DNA of 64,000 bases from assembly GCA_051530055.1 (NCBI GenBank), contig CM121341.1, forward strand, positions 13,432,784 to 13,496,783, in the 5' to 3' direction. This document shows positions 44,721 to 57,700 of the stretch, in pieces. The notes under the pieces were generated by a model. The model was not told the DNA's origin. It searched no databases and saw only the letters and a list, made by a program, of their open reading frames with translations. This DNA comes from Neoechinorhynchus agilis. Taxonomy: Eukaryota; Animalia; Acanthocephala. Position numbers and translations under genes: made by a program. Within the stretch, counting starts at the first letter, position 1. Each line of letters opens with the position of its first letter.

Positions 44721-47600
44721 TCGCAATTGCGATTCGTTGAGCGTGACAAAAAGAAAAGGCACTGCTCAAACTGCGATCGAGATGGCCATTGTGCGTTCTC
44801 GAAAAATTGTGAAGCATTTAAGGAATATGTTGTGTGGGCGAGACTGCTTGGATCCAAGGGAAATAATTCATCCGACACTCGAGTTGCCCAGAATAGTTGG
44901 AATACGACAAAGTACATACCCATAAGAGGGTCTGTCACAACCATTACAACCATAAAAACATACCCAAGGCAACAACTGGGTACATCCAAAGATGTTAATA
45001 ATCTACGAACGACTTATGATGACACCTTGGAAAAGAAGTTTGCTGATTTCTCCGCTAAAATCCTCGACATGGTCGATCTACGAATCACCGCGACCATTCA
45101 GGGTCTTGAGAGGAGACTATCTGCCCAGTTAAACGGTCTCATCGAAACTCTCGACAAAATTCAAAGATATTCAGATCGCGACCGGGGTAGCTCCAGCAGC
45201 CTGCAAACGCAGTCGAGCACTGGTTTCAAGTAGCAACGGTGTAGACGATGTGGATATGTACGAGGCCGAGGAGTTCGTGAGCAACATCATAAGCGAGCAA
45301 ACCCAGGTTTGTGTTGACGGGTCCAAAATTTCATCAAAGGTAGGTCTCAATGGAATTGAGAATTGCGCAGTGGAACGCAGGCGGGCTTCTGGGTATTCCC
45401 GGCCTTTTGTCTGAAGCACAGAGAAGTGATATTACTTTTATCCAAGAAACTAAGTCGCTGTACTCTCTTAACAACCTTCCGAATAGTTTTAATATTTTAT
45501 CTAGTGAATATTCTTTATTTTGTACAAAACCCCTTTTAAACCACTCTAAAGGCTTATTATCCATTTTAACCCTAATTTGATTTGTCTTGCGCTTTATTTT
45601 CAATACGTATCTTGGGGAGGAAATTGCTCTTAGGTAATTTCTATATTAAACCTAGGAAAATACACCTCACTCATAATAAAGATCTTATAAAAATGTTTTA
45701 GCATCCGGAATTGACTTTTGCTTTGGAGATTTCAACGACCCTTCTCACAAATGGATAAAGGCCATTTTACGTTCGGATGATACCCATGACCTTATTGTCC
45801 CTGCGGATCCGATGTTTACCGACGGCAGGTCTCATTCTTTTCTAGATTTGTGTCTTGCTCGAAGTAACTCATTCGTTAAAACCAAACTGGTTTCTCAATG
45901 ATCAATTTTCCGTATTGCTGGACACGATATCTTAGTGTGGGAATTGGGACGGAATATTCTTTTGTGCCGTAAATTTAAATTTAGTACACTTAACATCAAC
46001 ATCTTTAACGCTGCCATAAATTTTGCTTTCACTTTTGGCGCTTTTGATCAGCTCAAGGGCTTAAATGAATTTGTGGTCACAGCTAGTGACTCGATTTTAA
46101 CAACGGCCACGAGAAGTATCGGGTCGAAAATGTTGAAACCAAAAGTACTCTCCCTGTATTGCAGGCAACTTTTTATGGCTAAGGCAATCGATGATCGGGA
46201 GTCGATTAAGATTTGGTCCTCTTTATACTGGCCCTGTAGAACTCGATTTCAAATAGCTTGCGACAGTAAGCGAATTAGCCATTTTATGCTTTGTTCCTCT
46301 CCTTGGCGGCATGTCGTTGCACCAAAAAGATTTTGTCCGTGGAAAAGGGCTGCAGCGAGTTGGATTAAAACCTCGGGGTGGGACGATGTTATTAGCGCTC
46401 TTTGCATTGAACATTGCAATGAAGCAAGTAGTGTCCCGGTCTTTAATAATTTTATTCAAATTAAGCCTCGTCGTTTTGATTTACGCCGGAATGATTTTAT
46501 CATTTGGTGGGGTTCAAGAAATCTTACATCGAACAATGGTTCTTCCCCCTGTTTCAAAGTAAAAAAAGGTAAGGCTGTTTCTTCACCTAGTGATGTGAGA
46601 CCTATCTCCATTCAGAATTCGTTTGTTTCCATATACGAGCGAGTTTTGGCGAAAATTATAATGGATTTTTCTTTTAAACATCACCTTATTGATGAGCGCT
46701 GTCATGGTTTCCTCTCGGGGAAATCTGTTCATACTGCGATTGCTCAAATAATACATAACCTTTTTAGCCACCCCTAGTCAACAAACATTCTTATCTCTTT
46801 CGATATTTCTAAAGCTTTTGATAATATTGACACTGCTTTTATGGTGAATATTTTAAGATTTTTTTGTTTTCCTTTTAATATAATTGCTAGGGTGAACAAC
46901 ATCCTGAAATGTAAACGATTTTTCTTTGCAGCTGAGGTTCCTCAAGGCTCACCTTTATCACCCATACTTTTTGCTTGACAACTCAATTTATGATTAAAAA
47001 TTGTACGATTTGTCGTAGCGTCACTATGTACGCCGATGACCTTACTGTAGTTATCAAAGAGTTAAATTATTTGAAAGCACGTGCGAAACTGGCTGCCGTG
47101 CTGAACTTTTTAAAATCCCACCTACCTCAAATGGGTCTCTCTTTGAATGAAAAGAAGACGAAATTTTTAATCAAATCTAAATCTCGAGTGGGCAAGAAGC
47201 ACATCCAGGATTATATCAAGGATTTTTTTGGGTTAGATTTCGACCCTGCTTATAAGAAGCTTGATATTTTAAGTTATACTTTCACTAATAACCTTTCGCC
47301 CGCCTCCGATATACACAAGATGCAAAAACTTTTAAAGACAGCCAGAGTTAAGGTGAGACGTGCCGCGCGTATTGGGCTTAGCGCCAAGATATGCAAAGTA
47401 ATATGGTGCTCTTGGGCTATTTCAGGCCTAGTTTTTTATTCCGGAGGAAGGCCTCCAGAACAACGCCTAAAGTTCCTCTGTGTATTCTTGAAAATCCTGT
47501 CGAGACTACCCTTTGAGTGGATTTCCTCAGCAGACTGGGCCAACAAATCCATGCAGTGGATCGGATTATGACTTCCAAAAACGGATAGTAACTAAATTTA
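44720..47600 (+). mobile_element. APE-type LINE family B, copy 2 (ORF1 end plus ORF2, decayed)
   Basis: CSNCDRDGHCAFSKNCEAFKEYV knuckle; MELRIAQWNAGG..FIQETK APE; RT with YADD at ~47028. The 3' boundary is approximate. Confidence 0.9.
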
Positions 47601-47699
47601 ACTAATGTTATCAATGTTTCGGGCATCCTGCTACAAAAATCCGTACTGGAATTTCTTTCCTTTGGTCCAGATTTTGTCCCGACCAATAGAGTCAATAAA

Positions 47700-49560
47700 C
47701 TTCGATGTAGAGTGAAGATGGAAGAGACGGTCTCCAAGAAGATTGACAACTTACCAATGTGGAAATTTGAGAGAGGATATACAAGTGCAGTACAAAATAA
47801 AAGTTAACTTGATTCTAATATAACGAAGAGGATTCTCTATGGAGCAGTCAACCTAAAACGTTACAGTAACTTACGAATAATGAAAATTGACATGTCAATC
47901 TCGATCAATTTCGCTATCTAGGAGAGGATATATTGAAAGAACAAGGATTCAAGATACTCGACAACTCTCCAACAGCGAAACGTGAAAAGGAACTTAATGA
48001 TTTCATGCTCAGATTGATGAAACAGAAGCTCATACCTGAGATAAACTAAGAATTTAAGATCTGTGTATACGAGAACACCTAAGATGTATTTCATAGCGAA
48101 AGTACATAAATCCCCAATGAAAGCTAGACCAATCGTAGCAGCACATTCAGCCTACAATTATAAACTATCCAAAACGATTGCTAGTTTTCTAAAAATACTC
48201 CTACCCAACTCCGGCAATGTTGTCATCTCTGGGGTGGACTTCATCAATCGACTGAATAGCATGGCAATTAACGATTCATGTATCATGATATCAGCGGATG
48301 TTGTATCTCTGTTCACGAGAATACCGATGGAAGATACCATCGAACTTGCCATCCCACTACTTATGGAGAATGATAAGCTATGGAAGTTGTTAGCTACCGA
48401 CTGGCGGAAATTACTTCTCTTCTGCACAAAATTTTCTAATTTTGAGTTCGAAGGACAGAACTATGATCAAATAGATGGGCTGGCAATGGGTAGCCCACTT
48501 TAGCCAGTTCTTGCTGAACTTTACATGAGACATTGGGAGGAGTCAAATTTGACCAAGTTAAGAGGTATACAATTCTGGTGTCGATATGTAGACGACACCT
48601 TTATCATATTGGACCAAGACAGATGGACAGCTGTCCAACTTCAACAGGAACTAAATGAAAAAGATTCCCATATTCAATGGACATGCGAAAAAGAAGATTG
48701 TGGTTTTTTACCATTTCTCGATGTACAAGTCAAAAGAAACTATGATAACACTTTCTCAACATCGGTCTATATCAAACAGGGTGTCCCGCATCGAATAGTA
48801 CCTTGGATCTCAGCTCAACCACACAAATACAAATTATCGAGATTCCGATCACTAGTCATCAGAGCATACCGATATAGCTCGAACTTGAATTGCCTCAATA
48901 ACGAACTCGATAGATTATGGAATATATTTAAAAGTGGTGGCTATCCAAGGAAATTAATGTTAAGAACATTGAAAGATACTCAACAAATGATCGGAAGGGA
49001 ACCTACAAAAAATCGGGACATCGGATCTTCAACGAATGCAGACACACGATATATAGAAATTCCTTACATAAATGATAGGTGGAATTCCAATATAGAAACA
49101 TTGATCAAACAACTCGATATGAAGAAGGAATGCATTATGTATTCCAAAAAGGGACAAACACTATATAGTTTGTTACAACCTAAAAGAGTGGACAATATAA
49201 ACGAGTGCGTCTATAGGATCCCCTGCATGGACGGCTCAACAAACATCGCAGAACTGTGTCCAGAAAAATGGATACAAGCTCTGCGATTGTACACTACGTG
49301 ATTGAAAATGATCACCAGATCAATTTTGATGCCACTGAGATTCTAGCAAAATGTGACAACCGTAGAGACAGAACAACGATGGAGGCCATTTTAATACAAA
49401 CAACGCGTACATTTACGCACAATAAGGCGGATTACAAACTCCACCTGCGATTTCCACCTGATATACGTCCTAAAGGACAAATGTTTGTAAAATGACGTGT
49501 TTTAGATATCTGAAGAAGGCCCACGCTCAGGCCGAAAATTAATTAAATTAATCTTTAATT
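47700..49560 (+). mobile_element. Penelope-like element (RT plus GIY-YIG), decayed
   Basis: PKMYFIAKVHKSPMKARPIV, SADVVSLFTRIP, GLAMGSPL, WCRYVDDTF, LPFLDV; VYRIPC..H..INFD..EAILI endonuclease with the YIG segment deleted. Confidence 0.93.
49504..49554 (+). ncRNA. Putative minimal type-I hammerhead ribozyme
   Basis: CTGAAGA-(A)-GGCC-loop-GGCC-GAAA-palindromic AATTAATT-A; position typical of Penelope-associated hammerheads; helix I weak. Confidence 0.5.
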
Positions 49561-49739
49561 CCTTAATTGCGCCAAATATCAATTTAACAATGGCAAATAT
49601 ATATTCAATAGTAACTAGTATAGAATGTTGCTTCAGTTATTCAGTGACAGCGTTCGATACATGGTTTGCCTTTGCCGAATAATTTCTTTATACTTTTCTG
49701 CGCTCTTTATTTTTTCTTGAATAAAGCGAACATCGTTGT

Positions 49740-52060
49740 CTACCCGCTACAATTTATTCAACGAAAGACCAATCGCGGAGTCAGTGCAGAGGTTCTGATT
49801 AATGGAATCTAGAATCTGTTTTAATTCAGTGGAGGTCAAATTAGAGAAGGAATCCGGGTGGCGTAGACCAAGTGAGTGCTTGACGGCCCGCCACCATGTT
49901 GAGTTGTCACATGATCGAATTTTAGAGGAAAGGAAGTTTTTGCGAGCGATAAGTATTTTGTTAGTAAGTGCTTTTTGTAAACGGAGAGAACCTGGGGAGT
50001 TATTGCAATGGGCCTTAGAAGCTTGCCTTTGTAGAAGTTTTGGGTCGCGGTTGGAGATCCTAATGAATTTCTTGGGAGCTAGAGAATTCTCTATGATTGA
50101 GGTTAAGGAGGACATGGCAAAGGAAGGGTCATTTATGTTGTCAGAGTGGGATGTGCGGATGCTAGAGTTGAATAATTTTATAAAATTGTGGATGTGATGA
50201 TCACGTGTTGAGGTGGGTTGGAAGGAGTGATAAGGACAGAGGAATGGCCAGGGTTCGCAGGGGGAGTTTATAGGCGGATGAGTAGGCGTCGATATTTGTG
50301 AACAATTTTGTCAAGGTGAGCGTCAAGACGAGTTGGGAAGTCAATAAGATGACGCAAATCGGAGAAGGGTAGAAGAGGAAATAGATTATATAAGTCCCCT
50401 GCAATTAAGAAATGGTGCGAATTTGTGGAGTTAATGAGCTCCATCATGGAGTCAATTTGGCGCAAGGACCCAGGTCGGGAGGCCGGAGGGCGATAGACGC
50501 TGGAATTTCGGATTTCGGGAAATCGAGGGCGGAAGTGACGAAGATTGGGGTTACATTGTTCGTTGCGGGTGGTGGGTTAATGGAGGAATCGTTATGGGAT
50601 GCCGACAAAGAACGATTGATTACCTAAAGAGAGAAGTCCGGCGGCAACTCGAAAATTTGAGTTGGGATGAGTGAACGGTAATGATAGAAATGAGTTTAGG
50701 GTTGGGACTTTGCATGGATCAGCTACGGATGGATGGGCCGATTTATGGTGATTTCGAGTAGGGGCAGAGAGATAATTATTTACTTGATTCGGGAAAAAGA
50801 GAATACTTAATGTGGAACTGCTGGGAGATTGACCTTTGTGGTTATTCGGACGCCAGTGAAGTTGCACTACCCGCTACAATTTATTCAACGAAAGACCAAT
50901 CGCGGAGTCAGTGCAGAGGTTCTGATTAATGGAATCTAGAATCTGTTTTAATTCAGTGGAGGTCAAATTAGAGAAGGAATCCGGGTGGCGTAGACCAAGT
51001 GAGTGCTTGACGGCCCGCCACCATGTTGAGTTGTCACATGATCGAATTTTAGAGGAAAGGAAGTTTTTGCGAGCGATAAGTATTTTGTTAGTAAGTGCTT
51101 TTTGTAAACGGAGAGAACCTGGGGAGTTATTGCAATGGGCCTTAGAAGCTTGCCTTTGTAGAAGTTTTGGGTCGCGGTTGGAGATCCTAATGAATTTCTT
51201 GGGAGCTAGAGAATTCTCTATGATTGAGGTTAAGGAGGACATGGCAAAGGAAGGGTCATTTATGTTGTCAGAAAGTCCGGCGGCAACTCGAAAATTTGAG
51301 TTGGGATGAGTGAACGGTAATGATAGAAATGAGTTTAGGGTTGGGACTTTGCATGGATCAGCTACGGATGGATGGGCCGATTTATGGTGATTTTGAGTAG
51401 GGGCAGAGAGATAATTATTTACTTTATTCGGGAAAAAGAGAATACTTAATGTGGAACTGCTGGGAGATTGACCTTTGTGGTTATTCGGACGCCAGTGAAG
51501 TTGCACGTAATAAAAAAATTGCGAAGTCGCTTATTCTTGGATTTTTTGGGATGGGGGAGAAGTTCGGGGTTTTTTGCTGAAACTGACCAGTTACATTGGG
51601 AAGATGAGTTCTGGGTTGAGTTTGGAGGGTATGTTAAAAGACTTTGTGATGCGTTTTTATGTGGATAGATACGAAAAGAAAATTGAGAAGTAAGGAGTTT
51701 GTGTTTCCTGTTAAGAAAGAGGGAAGCTACTAATGGTGAAATAAAAGTTACTTTGAGGAGACATGGTCTCGGGTTAAAGAGATTTTTGGATGAAATACGC
51801 ATGATTGTTGATGGGGAGGAATAGTAGAGTGAATGTCGGGGAAAAGGAGTGGACCGATTCGAAGGATTTGGTGGCGGTTGTGTGCATCAGCGGCGACAGG
51901 ATCTGTACCAGAAATAAATATGGTGCGATTTTATCCCTGATGGAGGTGTGCATGATGTGATGGGTGGAATTCAGAGCAACGAGGGATGATGGCCGGGGTA
52001 AAGAAGGCGTATCATTGTCGAAATGAATCGAAGGGTTGATTGATTTTGATGGAGTTCCTC
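49740..52060 (-). mobile_element. CR1/L2-like LINE 5' part (APE plus linker) with internal rearranged duplication
   Basis: LIAGDL..FPTRLDAHLDKI APE; STWWRAVK linker; duplicated 406-bp and 234-bp blocks. Confidence 0.75.
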
Positions 52061-53239
52061 CTTTTGCTCTTATTTCTACTGCTCTTGTTTATTGCGCTTC
52101 ACACCATTGAACAATATTAAGGATTTCTCCAAATCACAAAATCACATTCATGATTGATCACTTTCAATCTAATACCATCACTTTAGTACTAAATCGCATG
52201 AACCGATTTGGGTGATCCGCGTTTTTGTTCAAATGCTAAAGTTTAACGTTAAGAATAAAAACGCCCTGAAACTTTGTGGATAATTGCCAACATTTTCAAA
52301 GTGCAGCATGCAAATGATTTAACGTTCCGCGAAAACCCGATCTAAAAACTTTTTTATTTTAGATCAAATTTGCCAAATGTCCTTAGCGTGGATATTGCGA
52401 AATAAAGCACGATCCACATTATTAATAGCACATTTATCTTTATCGGATCGTTTGTGGCCGATTTGTTTGAATTTCGGATTTTTATTGAATTTGACATATT
52501 TGCACTTGGATGTCGAAATGCTCGTATTTAGCAATTGGACTTTCGTTTGGTGCTGCTGTTGTCGAGTCTCCGCGCTCGCTCTGGATTCATGGCATATTTT
52601 ATTTGACGATAAACAAAAAAAGCGCTCAGCTTTTGAAATTCGCTCCAATACGAAAAAAGGCTTGTTTGGTTCTTTAAGCGAAAAGACAACAAGTCCTCAG
52701 ATGCTTAACATTTTGTCGTGAAGAGCTGATTACAAGGTTTGTTTTCTGTTGTTACTGAAAGTAAAGATTAAAATCTTTAGAGAGATGATCTCTATGATAT
52801 CCGAATTCGAGATTTCTGTTTTTCTCTCAAATGCACCATTTTCCTACTTTTATAGTACAAAAATTCAGTTCAATCCTTGAAATGCTTTCAATGTGATGTT
52901 TAGTTCTCAATAAAGAAAATATTAGCATATCGTATAAAACAACATAGCCAATTGCAGTGCGTTCGGAAAAGCTATCTCGATTTCTATTAGTCGTCTTTAT
53001 AATTTATAAAAGATTTTAGAACAGTGTCGTTCTCCATAACGCTTTTAAGTTCCCTGAAGAAACTAAGTGATTTTTATCGAAGAACAACAATCAGTATTCT
53101 TCTTGTGAAATTGTATAAATGGAATTATTGTTTAAGAGTTCCGGAGAGATGTACGAACTTTTAACGTTTCATCATTTTTTTATTTAAATATTCGTACACA
53201 TATTCACTCATTAAAATTTTTTACACTGCACATCGTCCA

Positions 53240-54490
53240 TCCGACTCCATAGTCCCTTGTCTAATACCATTCCCTGTGTTACCCCCACTCCTGATTCGAT
53301 AAATTGCCGATCTCTGCGCCTCGAGATCAGGAAGGAAGTAAACAAATTGACATAACAAAAGAATTACCCCCCCGCGGGACAATTCGGCATACTCCGAAGC
53401 CTTTTTAGACAGGACTCCCCTCCCTGTCTAGCTTATATGTAGCAGCCCAATAACAAAAAATATTGGGGGAGTACGTGTATGATTACGGATAAAATAAGTA
53501 CATCTTATAAAATAACAAAAAGACTAAGTAACAAATGGCTCTCATAATATAAATTCAGAGTCCGTTCTCCTTTTTCCAAGAATCCACTTTCTCCCTGTCT
53601 CGTCTTTTCAGTCGCCTCACAATCTCGTTGAACGTATGTTCATCATTTATAGAACATCTTTTCCAGTTCTCTTGTGGGTAATTCCAAATCTTTGTTATAA
53701 AAATACGCCATAAAAACGATTCCACCAATTCTCTTATTGAAATTTCCAAATTTTTCAAAACTTTCCATACTCGTTTGATAAGCCAGACGCCAAAATCAAT
53801 CCGCACCTCGGGCGGCCTTCCTCTCCCCAAAAAACAGAATGAGCCAACCAGAATCGTCTTCATAATTTCCACAGGATGACATATCATCACACCCAACCAC
53901 CTGATCCTCCTCACAATTGCTGCAACTTTGAGAAATGTAGATCCGAGAGCCGAGTTCAAGACAACTCTTCTTCTAGTAGAAGGAAAGTTTATCCCAAGCA
54001 CTTTAGAACATCTTGAAACCTTCATCATTTGAGTGCGCGGATCCTCTAAAAATTTAGCATACAACTGCTTATGAGCCACATTGGAATCAGTCAAAGGGAC
54101 AAGCGTTGTTTTTCTTCTATTAGTGCTTAAATTCGCATCCTCTAAGCACTTGTCAAGTTTATATAGTACCGAATTCACTATGCGACATAAAACTTCCTTC
54201 TTCTTATGAAAAATAAAAAAGAAAATATCATCTGCGTAGAATAAAATTCTCACTCTGGATAACTTCTTCAATTTCCTAATAATACCAATCATGCCAATTA
54301 AAAATAATGTCGGGGACGACGGTGAACCCTGCGGAACCCCTAACTTAGAATAAAAAAGACTTTTCAACGGATCAACCTTTAAAAAATATGCCTTTGATTC
54401 CATTAAAAACTGAATACGACCAAGAAGCTTCTTGGGGAGCTTCAGGTCTAAAAAAGTCTTATATATAAAATTCCTGCAAATAGTGTCGAA
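53240..54490 (-). mobile_element. 5'-truncated LINE (RT C-terminal half) upstream of SMC1
   Basis: FDTIC.., GVPQGSPSSPTLF, FYADDIF, KVLGINF. Confidence 0.85.
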
Positions 54491-54720
54491 CGCGTGTGTG
54501 CAATATTTTTTGTGAAAAAAACTACGCAGTCTGAGCTATACGATTTCGAATATTTAATGATTCAATCATCTTTTTAGAATTAAACTCAAACTTTAAATTC
54601 CAAATTTTATTTGAAAAAATCGGAAAAGACGTAATGACATCACGTAATCTTCGATAGCCGGCGCGTGATTCGTTCGCGCACGCTACTCTTCGTAGCGGTA
54701 GCTTTAGGTCGCAACTTCGG

Positions 54721-57700
54721 ATGTCTTCGGTAATGCTGAAATTTTTGGAAGTAAATGATTTTAAATCCTATCGTGGGTATCATTTGATTGGACCTTTTAC
54801 GAGTTTCACAGCAATCATCGGTCCAAATGGTACTGGGAAATCAAACATCCTTGATGCGATTGCTTACGCTTTTGGAGAGCATCCTTGTAATATGCGAGCA
54901 CGAAAAGTCGAGGACGTTATTCATTATGACGTCACCAAAGCTCCCAATAATCAATATGTTGAACATGGCGCAGGAGAAGTGGTCGTTAGTGTTATTTTCT
55001 TTGTCAATGGCAAAGAAGTGAAGTTCACGCGGCGAAATGTACCGAAACAATCCTCAGAGTATTCGATTGACGGAGAGCGAATGGAGTCTTCTACTTATCA
55101 AGAGCGACTTTGTGATATGGGAATTCATATAAAAGCTCGGAATTATAGAGTTCTTCAAGGTCAAGTGGACACTGTACACGCACACTTAATGGTTGATGTA
55201 AGTCTTGACTTTTATTTGTCGAAGGGCGTAAAAATTAAAAGAATTCATTAATCCCGATTGTTTTCGGAGGCATAATCTTGCAAGCATGAATAATTCAATC
55301 TTTAAAAAACATTTTTTCCAAAATTTCGCATTTTAAGTTAGAAATTCTTTGTTTTTTTCTTAATGGTCGATCATTATTGGATAGCGCTTCGTTCACCAAT
55401 GGACCGTACTATCTTGATGGAAGAGCAATGTGGATCTATAGATCTTAAACGAGATTATGAACGCCTTAAAGTTCTTCTTGAAGAAAAAAACATGAAGCAT
55501 CGTTCCATTGTACTTCGCAAACGGGATGCTATTAAACAACTCAAAATAGTTAGCCTTGAACAAACTCAGTCTGACAAAGCGAACGAAATGAATGAGAAAC
55601 TGAAAGCTAAACAAATTGAACGCGCTGTAGTTCGACTTTGCTTTTTGGAGAAATTAGAAGAACGAATCAATAAAACTGAAGAAGAGATTAAGAACGAACT
55701 TAAACAATTGGCAGATGAAACTGATTCGAAACAGCGGATGATTAGTGAACAAAAACGGGCGATCGTGGATGCAGGAAAGGAATCGACTGATTTATCCAGA
55801 CAATGCGTTGAATTGGATAGCGAATTGATGAGAAAAACTAAGGAGTATATTAAGATAAAAGATAGTAGAATGAAAACAGAAGATAAATTAAAAATTAGTC
55901 GTTCAAGGGCTGCTCATTGCGATGCTATTCGGAAACAGCTAGAAGATAATATGCGGTCGTATGAGCTAAATCTAAAGGAGATTGAGATAAGTCTTTCTAT
56001 GGCTAGAAAAAATCGAGAGGAATGTGAGACGAATAATGTGATGGCTACCGACGAGCAGATCAATGAATATGATGATCTTAAGTGTGCTACTCTTCGTGGT
56101 TGTCATAAGGAAGATTTTAAACTTCGTGACATTGAATTGCAGATTAGGATTGGAAAGTGTAACCTGGAAAACGAGATGGAACGAAAGATGCGATTGATGC
56201 AACGGTTGAAAGATATTGAGGAAAGTGTTGCGGATAGGAGGTTGCTGATCCAGAACATAAGCGATAATCGGAATATGGTTGAAACTCAGATTAAACAAAG
56301 CACCCTTAAAATCGAACAACAAACGGCCCGAAAAGCAGAACTTGACAAGTCTCTCGACAAGTTAAGGGTTGAATTTAACGAAATTGATTGTAAACTGCGT
56401 GGTGCTGAGATGGATGAAGAAGAGTGTAGGCGAGAAGAGAGGAAGGAAAAAGTGATCCAAGAGTTGAGCAAAATTACGACTGTGCATGGCCGATTGGCTG
56501 ATCATGTTACTCCAATTCATAAGAAATATGCGATTCCACTTATGCAGGTAATGGAAGGACGATTGGATTCCTTGGTAATTGATAACATGGAAGAGGCAGA
56601 AAAGTGTGTTTCTTATCTAAAGGTTAATCGAGTTCCGGCCCTTAAATTTATTGTCTTAGGCTAGCCTTTCTTTGTTTAAATGTATGCTGCGATTTTATTT
56701 GAAATATTTGTACACGCATAAAATTGCGATCTAAAGATGTTTGGCCGTGAAGGCTCACTGTTAGCGTCATTAAACATTATTTTTGTTTGATAAAAAATTT
56801 TTTTAAAAGAAACATAATATATTTTTAACAATTCAAACAATCTGTTTGAAGCACACTCACCACCTCCCGCCAAATTCCAGCTTTTGTCCTTCCTCGACCG
56901 TCGCCATCACGCTGACAGCATAGCTCAGAGAAAATGGCAAATCGTTCCACTTTTATATGGCAACGTTTTGTAATGCGTAAAAAATTAAACCCTAATTAAT
57001 TTACTAATGAAAACGTTGGCTTCCTCAATTCCATTTCGAATCCCGCATTCTTCTTACCAACTAACAGAACGTTGGACTATTTAAGGGACTTAAAATTTAT
57101 CGACTAAAGTGAGTCATTTTAATTGTGAAATAATAGTTTTACACGAGAAGAGTCAAATTAATCAAAACTTTTTTTAATTTGGTATTAATTTAGTTAGACT
57201 CAAATTGATCAAAACAAAAATTATGGTTTAGAAGTCTTCCTCCACGTAAAAGGATTTTTTTAATTAAGACGTCCGACGAAGTTCAACGCGTCTTTAGCAT
57301 CTTTGTATAACTAACAAGCTGATGATGGATCCGGCAAGGTTCGCAGAACGTCTTTCACGGGGCGAAGACTTCTAAACAATAATTTTCTAATCATATAGCT
57401 TGCGGTACCTCCTCCTCCTCCTCCTCCTCCTCTTGAAATATCGACATTTCAAAATAATTTAGGAATGATGCGGCACATTTTTTGCTTTGGCACTCATACT
57501 GTTCAATATACTGATAAATATAGAGAACGGCTAGTATGAAGAACATCAAACAACGAGAATTAGGCACTCACATCAGTTCTCTAAAGAACTCGAGTGCCAA
57601 ACTTCTATACAACTGTGTATCCGTAAGCAAACCAATGATGCAAAATGTAGCAAAATGGATGATAGGAAACGCAGTGGTTGTCGAAACCGACCAAGAGGCG

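Noticed and set aside
52364-52721. Overlapping opposite-strand ORFs of 94 and 114 aa
   Set aside because: No domain, no clear splice pattern and no evidence for which strand, if either, is coding.
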